Shown here in pieces: positions 10,768 to 20,571 of a stretch of DNA of 64,000 nucleotides. The stretch's first letter is position 1, and the number at the start of each line of letters is the position of its first letter. A program made the translations under genes and the position numbers. Source of the DNA: Cyanophora paradoxa CCMP329 (Eukaryota > Plantae > Glaucophyta); contig QPMI01000568.1 of NCBI GenBank assembly GCA_004431415.1, forward strand, positions 52,183 to 116,182, written 5' to 3'. The notes below the pieces were generated by a model. The model did not search any database. It was not told the origin of the DNA and was given only the letters and a program-made list of their open reading frames with translations.

Positions 10768-10840
10768 TGGATTCTGTTTTTTACTGTATCAAAATTGTGT
10801 TTCAAGTGTAACACGTCCAATTAATCAATCGATAATCAAT

Positions 10841-11121
10841 GTGTAACAGGTGAATCCCAACGTGTAACAGGTGAATCCCAAGGTGTAACGGATGAATCCC
10901 AAGGTGTAACGGGTGAATCCCAAGGTGTAACGGATGAATCCCAAGGTGTAACGGATGAATCCCAACGTGTAACAGTTGAATCCCAAGGTGTAACGGATGA
11001 ATCCCAACGTGTAACAGGTGAATCCCAAGGTGTAACGGGTGTAACAGGTAAATCCCAAAGTTTTGGGTTTTTGGCCTCCCTAGGAGCGAAGTTTGGGATT
11101 TACCTGTTACACCTGTTACAC
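10841..11121 (+). repeat. Nine 21-bp tandem repeats followed by an iteron palindrome (mirror 37498-37778)
   Basis: GTGTAAC(A/G)G(G/A/T)TGAATCCCAA(C/G) x9, then GTGTAACGGGTGTAACAGGTAAATCCCAAA...TTTGGGATTTACCTGTTACACCTGTTACAC. Confidence 0.9.
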
Positions 11122-11171
11122 ATGACGATATTCAATAATACATGTTATATTTCTTCAAAATCTCAGTGTGA

Positions 11172-11570
11172 TTAACTCGGAAATCGCGCTGCTATCTGCT
11201 TCTCCGCTTTCTCCAACCCTGAAAAGATCTCTGTTATTCTCTCATCTATCAATTTAGATATTACGGAGGTCTTACTTTGCGCTTCTGTTCCGCAAGTGAA
11301 TACATCAATCGCTAACATTCCTTGATCCGAATAACAATGAGCGGTTAAATGGCTCTCATCGAGAAGTAATACCATCGCAAAACCCGGTGGCGAAACACCA
11401 CCATCGAAAATCTCGCAATGCTTGTGAACAACTCGGATACCTTGTTCTTGAATAATAGATTGAAAAAATTGCATTAACCACTTCGTTGTGGTGTCTATGT
11501 TGTCCAATCCCACCATCAATGGATGATTGAACTTGTAATCTAACATAACATGGAAACCGCGATGATTCAT
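11172..11570 (-). CDS. speD: S-adenosylmethionine decarboxylase proenzyme, short prokaryotic (class 1B, SpeD/SpeH-like) pyruvoyl type
   Basis: GFHVMLD, F..G...PPGFAMVLLLDESHLTAHCY, AIDVFTCG. The E-S autocleavage site is intact; 132 aa. Confidence 0.85.
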   Translation of the reverse strand: MNHRGFHVMLDYKFNHPLMVGLDNIDTTTKWLMQFFQSIIQEQGIRVVHKHCEIFDGGVSPPGFAMVLLLDESHLTAHCYSDQGMLAIDVFTCGTEAQSKTSVISKLIDERITEIFSGLEKAEKQIAARFPS

Positions 11571-11610
11571 TTATGAATTATATAGAAAAATTAAAAACGA
11601 AATTGGTAGG

Positions 11611-11760
11611 ATGCGAACGATCTTAGCAAAAGTATTTCCGTTTGAGTTGGTCGATATCATAATGCTCCATTATCATAAGACGTGTCCGAATTGCTTCGAT
11701 ACTTGCATAATAACCAAAGGTAAATGCGGAAAGATGCTCATTTCTCTTTCGAAACTTTAA
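11611..11760 (+). CDS. Unannotated 49-aa micro-protein (F-box-like LPxELV motif plus CxxCxxxC)
   Basis: MRTILAKVFPFELVDIIMLHYHKTCPNCFDTCIITKGKCGKMLISLSKL*. Same length and conserved in element C (43963-44112) with many synonymous changes. Confidence 0.75.
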   Translation: MRTILAKVFPFELVDIIMLHYHKTCPNCFDTCIITKGKCGKMLISLSKL

Positions 11761-12032
11761 TCAAAATATAACATAATCGGCTTCTCTTCTATAACTATTC
11801 CCCATGTAGTCTTTTTTCTGTATGCATGTGATTGTTTCTTAGAACATTCCCTACATCCGGTTCTCCCTTTTACATGGTTAAATGGATACGTTTGTATGGT
11901 CTTGTTACATTGTAGACACTTTACGGCGACCTTCTCCATTGCCTTCTTATATACAGTTTCGCTATAATCGAATTTGTCCAATCCATGAACCATTATCGCA
12001 GATTCAATAAACTTTTTTGTTTTTTCATCCAT
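11757..12032 (-). CDS. Small zinc-ribbon protein (single FIxxAxxVHGxKFDYS-CxxC-H-CxxC module)
   Basis: Same module as the repeats in the 32201-33151 nuclease. Orthologue at 44109-44381. Confidence 0.75.
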   Translation of the reverse strand: MDEKTKKFIESAIMVHGLDKFDYSETVYKKAMEKVAVKCLQCNKTIQTYPFNHVKGRTGCRECSKKQSHAYRKKTTWGIVIEEKPIMLYFD

Positions 12033-12052
12033 TCCCTATATATACCTTAGAT

Positions 12053-12898
12053 TTATGGTTGTGGATCGCTACCGCCGACGGGATTGTATAGATTGGTATT
12101 TAGATATTGACCGAATCGGTTAGCTGTTGCGATTGCATCGTTTCTTTCGGCATACATAATAACTCTATAATTTCCAAGTTGTGTCGCTCTTATTATAAAT
12201 TGGTTATCTTGTGTATCTAAAAGAGGTATTGAGTGGAACGCCTGACCGAAATTATCTATGGGGATAATATGTATCGTTAGGCGCGGTCTTGCTCCGTCGG
12301 TTCTTCTACATAGTGCGTAAATGTCCTCTGGTATCGTGTCTCTATATCTATAATGATTTCCTAACGGTTCTAAAACATCGGCTACCGCTGTCTGTAAACT
12401 AATAACGATTGTATAAATCTTAATTAGGTAAGGTTCATTCATACCTGGGCAATACGTCCTAATACGTGTGTTTTCATCATCTGGGTTTGGTTGGTCATTT
12501 ACGATTAGAGGCGCTCCGATGATACCACCGACCCTTAGTCCGTCCCCAATATAAGCGCCACCCGATCTACATTTAATTGCTCCGTTTCTCGATTCATAAG
12601 CAAAGTTAGTAACCTTGTTATCATCATTATAACTATCGGGATCTCCATAAAAAGCGTTAAAGTTTGCATTTGTAACAAGGAGTTTCGTAGTTTTCACAAT
12701 TCCGTTATTTTTGTCACATCTTAACTCTTTGAGTCGCAATTTATGCGTATCACCAAAAGTATTAAGAGTAGGTGCAAGTTCGGTAGATTCGAGACCATCG
12801 ACATTATCGATAACGGCATGTTGTAATACGTGATTTGCTGGCGCGGCTAATGAAAGTTGCGCTGTTAAGATACGCTCAGGTGGAGCGGGTGCCGCCAT
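12053..12898 (-). CDS. Hypothetical virion/fibre-associated protein, paralogue 1 (shared N-terminal LRxKELRxDKxxGxVK domain)
   Basis: 281 aa. Paralogous N-terminus with 12918-13760 and 46560-47540. Orthologue at 44407-45237. Confidence 0.7.
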   Translation of the reverse strand: MAAPAPPERILTAQLSLAAPANHVLQHAVIDNVDGLESTELAPTLNTFGDTHKLRLKELRCDKNNGIVKTTKLLVTNANFNAFYGDPDSYNDDNKVTNFAYESRNGAIKCRSGGAYIGDGLRVGGIIGAPLIVNDQPNPDDENTRIRTYCPGMNEPYLIKIYTIVISLQTAVADVLEPLGNHYRYRDTIPEDIYALCRRTDGARPRLTIHIIPIDNFGQAFHSIPLLDTQDNQFIIRATQLGNYRVIMYAERNDAIATANRFGQYLNTNLYNPVGGSDPQP

Positions 12899-12917
12899 TT
12901 AATATATTAAAACATAA

Positions 12918-13760
12918 TTATGGTGTGGGATCACCTGGGAACGGATCATCGTAGAAGTTATTTAGGTTGTTATCGGGATTGAGACCACGTGTAGCCGCCA
13001 CAGCCGCTGGATCTGTTCGCATTCCGAAAATGAGAATATCATAACCTCCTACTTCTGTTGTCCAAACATTAAACGTAGCGGGGTTTTGATTATCAAACTC
13101 CACCCAACCTCTACCGCGTCCGATTCCCTGAACAAAGAAAGTATAAGCTGGACCGATAATACCATTTTGTGAACGACATATAGACTCAATAGATTTAGGA
13201 ATAGCAATATTTGGTAATAACCAATTTCCCAAAATTCCATCGGGTTGTGTTGCATTTACGTTATCTACCCCAACTCTGACCATTCCAAACACGTAAGGAT
13301 AATCTCCACACGGAGTATACATACGGATACGTTGCGGATTGTCCGCATGCTCAGGTAGAGTATCGGGAATATCGGTAACGGCAACGGAGGATGCAAGCAT
13401 ACCCGACACACGACAACCACCGCCAATAACAGCGCCTCCCGATCGGACAACAGCGGCGGCACGTTCTCCGTCAAAATCTAACGTTCTAATATCCACACCC
13501 CATGCGTCAGGTTGCCCGATTCCCGCGTTAAAATTCGCATTTGTTACAAGAAGTTGAGTCGTTTTAACCACTCCCGAATTCTTGTCGGCGCGTAGTTCTT
13601 TAACACGTATCATGCTGTTTTTATCAAATGCATTCGCGGAGTTAGCGCGTTCCGTCGATTCCACACCGCGAATTTCGTCGGCAACCTCGTGTTGTCGAAA
13701 GTGAACCGCGGGCGCACCCAATGCGTAAACTGGTAATTGGACTCGATTATATTCGCCCAT
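12918..13760 (-). CDS. Hypothetical virion/fibre-associated protein, paralogue 2
   Basis: 280 aa, IRVKELRADKNSGVVKTT. Orthologue at 45261-46115. Confidence 0.7.
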   Translation of the reverse strand: MGEYNRVQLPVYALGAPAVHFRQHEVADEIRGVESTERANSANAFDKNSMIRVKELRADKNSGVVKTTQLLVTNANFNAGIGQPDAWGVDIRTLDFDGERAAAVVRSGGAVIGGGCRVSGMLASSVAVTDIPDTLPEHADNPQRIRMYTPCGDYPYVFGMVRVGVDNVNATQPDGILGNWLLPNIAIPKSIESICRSQNGIIGPAYTFFVQGIGRGRGWVEFDNQNPATFNVWTTEVGGYDILIFGMRTDPAAVAATRGLNPDNNLNNFYDDPFPGDPTP

Positions 13761-13800
13761 TGCTTCTTTTACTAAGAAGGATAGAAAAATAAACGAATAT

Positions 13801-16800
13801 CTATGCTACCATCTTCCCTGTTGCTATATAAGTCATTTGATAGTGGAAAAGTCCAATGCTTTCATTGTATTCTCTATTTGCCGAAATTGTTGCATAAATA
13901 GTAAATGTTGTTGTTGTGGAACTTGTGACACCATATACCAATACATATGAACCACCATTATACCCATCTCTTAAATTGAGAACGACTGCTGGGGCTTCTG
14001 CAAACGCTTTTGGGAATGTGACAACTTGTGGAAATCCCCAATGACCCGGACCTGTGATTGTTAAAGATTTTGAAAAACTCCCTGTCTGTATATACTGGTC
14101 TTTATTGACCCGTTGTTCTGAGACAAGTTTCGCAATCTTACCATTGTCTTTTTCATCCATCGCATAGTATGCTCTTGCGTAAGCATTGCCACGACATAAT
14201 AGTGTTTTATCGTATATGTTCGCGGAATTGTGGAAGAACCACTGTTCGTAGAATAAAGGAGAGTCTGGTTGGTAAATTTGACCGGATCCCACATACATGG
14301 TATTATTTGCTGTGATCGTATTTGCTACAAATGGGTCTAAGGTTGGGAAATCTGTGATTTCCGATTTCGTGTGAGTATGGGCGAAATCTGTTATATTTGC
14401 CTTTGTGTGAGTATGTGCAAAATCGGTGATATCTGATTTAGTGTGAGAGTGAGGTCCGACAGTTGTGGAAGCTGTTGGTTTCCCGTAAATGTTATCCCAA
14501 TGCAAGAAGCCACTGTGTGATGATACAGCAGGATTTTTACTCCAACCAACAAGACCCACAAGGTAAATCCTTCCAATTCGCCCTTGAACACCAACTTTAC
14601 TCAGCCCTTCACAATTTACCCCGACATATTGCCTATACTCTACACTTGGGTCACTACCAGGAGAATAAGCATTTACTCTCGAAAGTGTATAAGAATTTGT
14701 TGATGGATAAACTCCCACAACATCAAAGTATCTACTATTGTATTGACACACATAGAAGATATAGCATGTCTTCATTCCCGCGGGGACAGTCCATAACATC
14801 TTGTAGCCACTACAATCTTCATCACCAGAAGCCCATGTGTTTGCTCCTGAGTAAGGAGATATGAATGTAAAAAATCTCCAATCACCTGTGCGGTCTGTGG
14901 AAATACCACTTGTAGCATCGAAATTTGTGGGTGCTGTATATGTTGGTTTATTAATTAAATCATCATAATTTCCGCTTGTCGCAACTGCTGCTAAGGTGGG
15001 TCTATCCGTAATATGGCTCCATAAATGTAGATGTGGTGAAGGTGTGAATGTTACAGGCTTATCTGTTATACTATTCCATGTGTGTGTGTGGTCAAAATCT
15101 GAAATCTCATCTTTTGTGTGAACGTGTGCAAAATCGGGTATCTCTAATCGGGAATGTGTGTGGGCAAAATCTGTTATTTGTGATTTTGTGTGAGTGTGTG
15201 TGGGTATCTCCAAATTGCTAAGTGTTAATCTGTCTTTGCCGATAATATTCAGAATTTCCCGAGTTAAGATTGGTTGAGTATTGGGGAATCCATACATTTG
15301 TTGGATGTAATACCTTACTTGTTGTTTTTCTGCTGTGGTTAATGCTCTGTTGAATACAATAATCTCAGCAATGCTTCCCGCAAATATTGTTCCAAATCCA
15401 AAATCGTTTATAGTGGAATCAGGTAAATAATTATTAATTCCTGTGAGAGTTCCCACATCGACACCATTTAGCCCCACTGTGTAGCTATCAGAAGTTATTG
15501 TTTGGTCTGAGTAATACCATTTATTTAGCAAAGAGGGAACTGTGACAGCAATTGGAGGTTGTGTTACACCATTTATAGCGAAAGTAGTTGTCCCTAATCT
15601 TGTTGAATTATTTGCTCCATAGTAGGCTAATCGCGTTGGTGATGTTGTTTTTAGCACACGCAAATGTGTATGAGAAGCACCTGTTTGTGTTAAATGATAT
15701 CTTCCAATATAGAAGAATGTCAAACCTTGTGACCAATCAATCGTTCTTGTCATCGTTGAGTTTGCTGAGTAGTTCCCTGAATCGCTTGTTAAAGTCATCT
15801 GATTATTTATAGCGATATTGGATGAGTAGTAGGGACTTCCTGTGGAACTGACAGTTATAGATGGAACGATTGAGGAGACCCTATTGTAAAGAATTGTTGA
15901 TGCTGCATTTTGACCATGAACCCCTGATGCTTTCCATGCAAAAATACAATTGGGAATATTAGAAGCTGGATCAAAATTGGAAGTGATTCGATAAAAATTT
16001 TCACTATAAGATTCTAAATAGCTTCCGGTTCCCATTTGAATTTTCCCTCCAACTGTTAGGTTGCTTGTCACAACCAAGTTGCTGGTGATGGTTCCACCTG
16101 TGAGAGGAAGATAATTAGATAATGCTACATTAAGTTCAGGTTCAGTCACATATACATCAAGTTCTGATTTTGTCACATAATCTTCAAGAACTGCTGCAAG
16201 TTCTGTATCGTCTACATAATTTTTGCTTTCAAGGTAATCATCTGTGACAACACCTGAAAGGGTCTCATTGTGTAAATTTTTTGCCGCCATTCTCTGATTG
16301 ACTTCTAAGGCGCCACCTGCTAATGTTTTGATCCACGCCATCTCACATTTCCCGAAATCATCTTTTGGTTGTCCCACAAGTGGTGCGTAATTGAATTTCG
16401 AGCGACTAAATATTATTTTCGGTCTTGATCCATCGGTTGCGCTTACATCTGTAACGTTTACTTGTAAGATGGCGTCTTTATCATCATAACTCACTGGATC
16501 TAATGGAAGTGGAGGTAAACCTGCTGTTAATGGGATATCTTCATTATAATAACTTGTCAAAAACAGACCTGGTTTAGTATCTATAACTCCCACCCCACCT
16601 GCTGAAACCATTTGAGATCTTGAAGGTTGTTTAATGTATAATTCGCCATCCATTGTGGTGCCTGCGTCTATTCCTTTTCGGTGCAAATAGTATTCACTTA
16701 ATTGTAATCTTTCAGGAATGGTGTCACTCTGATAGAAACTAACCCCATAAAATCCGTCACCATTTACTAAATCACCTGTTGATGCAAAACGTGGTTTTTC

Positions 16801-19800
16801 ATCTATTTCACTCCATGGGTGTTTGTGGTTAGAGTTTGTGATTTCGGAATAATCATGAGTGTGTGAATCTGGTGGAAAGGTTAACGGAGGATTTGTGATA
16901 TGCTCCCATAAATGAGTATGGGCGAAATCTGTGATCTGATCTTTGGTGTGAGTATGGGCAAAATCTGTGATCTGATCTTTGGTGTGAGTATGGGCAAAAT
17001 CTGTAATTTGATCTTTTGTGTGTGTGTGGGCGAAATCTGTGATCTGATCTTTGGTGTGAGTATGGGCGAAATCTGTGATCTGATCTTTGGTGTGAGTATG
17101 GGCAAAATCTGTGATCTGATCTTTGGTGTGAGTATGGGCAAAATCTGTAATTTGATCTTTTGTGTGTGTGTGGGCGAAATCTGTTATTTGATCTTTTGTG
17201 TGAGTATGGGCGAAATCTGTGATCTGATCTTTGGTGTGAGTATGGGCAAAATCTGTGATCTGATCTTTGGTGTGAGTATGGGCAAAATCTGTAATTTGAT
17301 CTTTTGTGTGTGTGTGGGCGAAATCTGTTATTTGATCTTTTGTGTGAGTATGGGCGAAATCTGTGATCTGATCTTTGGTGTGAGTATGGGCAAAATCTGT
17401 GATCTGATCTTTGGTGTGAGTATGGGCAAAATCTGTGATCTGATCTTTGGTGTGTGTGTGGTTTTGTATCCAACCTTGAACCACATTCGATGTTGGATGA
17501 TGAGGAAGATTAGCATTACTTGTTACAGTGAGATAATCGATCACTGTATCGGGTGATGTGATCTTTAAACCTCTGTAAATGGTCAGAGGTTGAGTATTGG
17601 GGAATCCATACATTTGTTGGATGTAATACCTTACTTGTTGTTTTTCTGCTGTGGTTAATGCTCTGTTGAATACAATAATCTCAGCAATGCTTCCCGCAAA
17701 TATTGTTCCAAATCCAAAATCGTTTATAGTGGAATCAGGTAAATAATTATTAATTCCTGTGAGAGTTCCCACATCGACACCATTTAGCCCCACTGTGTAG
17801 CTTGTAGAAGTTATTGTTTGGTCTGAGTAATACCATTTATTTACCAAAGAGGGAACTGTGACAGCAATTGGAGGTTGTGTTACACCATTTATAGCGAAAG
17901 TAGTTGTCCCTAATCTTGTTGAATTATTTGCTCCATAGTAGGCTAATCGCGTTGGTGATGTTGTTTTTAGCACACGCAAATGTGTATGAGAAGCACCTGT
18001 TTGTGTTAAATGATATCTTCCAATATAGAAGAATGTCAAACCTTGTGACCAATCAATCGTTCTTGTCATCGTTGAGTTTGCTGAGTAGTTCCCTGAATCG
18101 CTTGTTAAAGTCATCTGATTATTTATAGCAATATTGGATGAGTAGTAGGGACTTCCTGTGGAACTGACAGTTATAGATGGAACGATTGAGGAGACCCTAT
18201 TGTAAAGAATTGTTGATGCTGCATTTTGACCGTGAACCCCTGATGCCTTCCAAGCAAAAATACAATTGGGAATGTTAGAAGCGGGATCATTACTGGCTGT
18301 AATAGAATACCATTCTCTGTAAAGTTGGTTCATGGTATTAAAGTTGCCTGAGCCAATCGTTAGAATTCCATTCACTTTTAGGTTGCTGGTCTCTATGTTG
18401 CTACTGTAAATATTACTATTTACTGTAAGGTTTCCTGTGATTGTCCCACCAACAAGCGGGAGATATTTTGATAATTCCGCGGCAAGTTCAGGTTTTGTTA
18501 CATAATTTCCAAGCATCGCAAGAGTTACGAAATTAACGAGAATTACAGCCGTTAGGTAATCTTCCGTTACGATTCTTGAAATATCTTCATTGTGTATGTT
18601 TTTGGCGCTTGCTCTTTGATTGATTTCTAATAAACCTTCACCAACGCCACCGTTATATTTCGTTTTTATCCATGCTATCTCACATCTTTTGTAATCATCG
18701 CGATCTCCTATAAAAGTATTTGGTAAAAGACGCTGCCGACTAAATACTAATTTGGGTCTCGATTGGTCAAAGTCGCTAACATCTGTTACATTAATTTGTA
18801 TTGCTGCGTCTTTGTTATCGCAACTATTTGGATCTAATGGAAGTGACGGTAGCGGAGGTAATACATTTGTCATCTCGATATCCTCAGGATAGTAGCTTGT
18901 TAAATAAATTCCGGGTTTCGTCTCATACAAACCAAAATTACCACTAATTGGTAAAATGCCTTCTCTTCTGGGTGGTCTAATGTATAATTCAGCTTCCATT
19001 CCTGTGCCTGCTTCTATTCCCATGCGATTAAGGTAGTGGTCATTTAATTGTAATCTTTCTTCGATTTCTATGTTTCGGTAGAGACTTACGCCATGTTGAA
19101 AATCTGTTAATACATTTCCTGCGGATGCGAAAGTAGGTTGCTGGTCGATTTCGTCCCAATTATGCCTATGGTCTTCTGGCGGAAAGTCTGGTGGTATTCC
19201 ATCAATTTCGTCCCAATGGTGGCGATGCTCTGTCGGTGGAAATCTTTCCGGTTTGTTTAAAATGTCTTCCCATTCGTGATCGTGGGGATCTGGTGGGAAT
19301 GTTTCAGGTTTGTTAATAATATCCCTCCAATCTACTGTAAAATCGAAAAATCCCGGTTGTAATCCGTCTGGTAATAACTCTTCATCTGGTATATGTGGTT
19401 GTTCGTAATCTATGTTAGGTGGATTTAATCCATCTGGTAAAAGTTGTTCATCGAAAGGTTCGTAACGATCATATAACATATGGTTAGGATCAAATCCATC
19501 CGGCAATTCTTCCACGTCTTCACATTCTTTATGTTCGAGAGGGATTACATTAATATCTGGTGCTAAGAGTTCCTCAGCGGGCGGTTTGTAATCTTTAAAA
19601 ACTGGTTTATTATAAACTTTTTCCCAACTAACTAAATGTTGACCAAACGCAACCGTTTCATCAGCTGTGTATTCTCTTCCGGGTTGTTTTTTGGTGTAAG
19701 ATCTGGTGGATCCCATGGTAACGGAAATGGAACTGGAACAGGTCCGTAATGTTCAAATATTTCTCTTATCGTTTTCTCACTAACAAGTTTCTCGCCATTT

Positions 19801-20522
19801 GCATACACGTTGCTACCGTGAATATTTCGCCACTGTCGGGTTCTAATACCAAGATCTTTTGTGTTTGAAAACAAAGGTAGTAAATGTCGATCCATTTCGA
19901 CAAGATCGGGATGTAGATGAATCGCTACTGGTTGAGTGGGACTACTATTTATGGTTATTGATGGTTTTTTTTCATGAACGTCTTTCGGAGTAAAGAATCC
20001 AAAAGGTTCATTTTTCGCAAAATCATAAGTAATGTCTTTTGGGTATACATTATTTGTGATACATACTTGATTCGCATTAGGAAAACTACCTACTTGTAAG
20101 ATTTGTGATGACTCGACGATTGGTGTGCTACCTTCATTATAAATTCTTAGACCTGTATTCTGTTTACCTTTCTCATCTTGAACATTAAACACTAATCGCC
20201 CACTATCGAAACGCGTCGGAATATCGGGATGGGTTTTACTTGTTTTAAGTTTTCGTTGTCTTCTTGTTGCTTTAATTTCGGCAACTTCATTTTTTTTAAC
20301 ATTACCCAAACTGAAAGCAATGCTAACATCTTCTTTATCGGGATCCGTTTGATTCAGTGATAAAGCATGAATTCTGGAATGCGTCTTACTGGGTTTATCG
20401 GCGCTCTGATCGATAGAAGCCGATCCTTTGATGGTGATATTATCGAAATTCACATGTTTAGGGTTTGTTTTACCACCACTTCCTGATATTGTTTGTAAAT
20501 TTGCTGGATAATTGAAACTCAT
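13801..20522 (-). CDS. Giant fibre/receptor-binding protein (about 2,240 aa, split by one frameshift near 19690 into ORFs 19632-20522 and 13801-19716)
   Basis: Phage-tail-fibre-like motifs (HxH repeats, YLPLxGGTITG, VATSGNYDDL), two LamG/ConA-like domains (FAGSIAEIIVFNRALT), and a C-terminal H-type-lectin-like VTFPKAF..AP.V motif. The element C orthologue reads through this junction (PDLTPKKQPGREY). Confidence 0.8.
16921..17460 (-). repeat. 15 x 36-bp coding tandem repeat (HTHTKDQITDFA)
   Basis: Units start every 36 bp from 16921 to 17425. All variants are synonymous. Confidence 0.95.
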
Positions 20523-20571
20523 CCCTGGTTACTCTACATATAGAGATTTATTAAATTCCGATAAAGTAAAG

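Larger units (their letters stand above)
9935..11278 (+). repeat. Left TIR of element B (1,344 bp)
   Basis: Reverse complement of 37341-38684. Identity ends at CTTACTTT/AAAGTAAG. Confidence 0.95.

Noticed and set aside
10554-11058. ORFs 10554-10811 and 10825-11058 and their mirrors at 37561-38065
   Set aside because: Translations of TIR tandem repeats with non-ATG starts; not conserved as proteins in element C.
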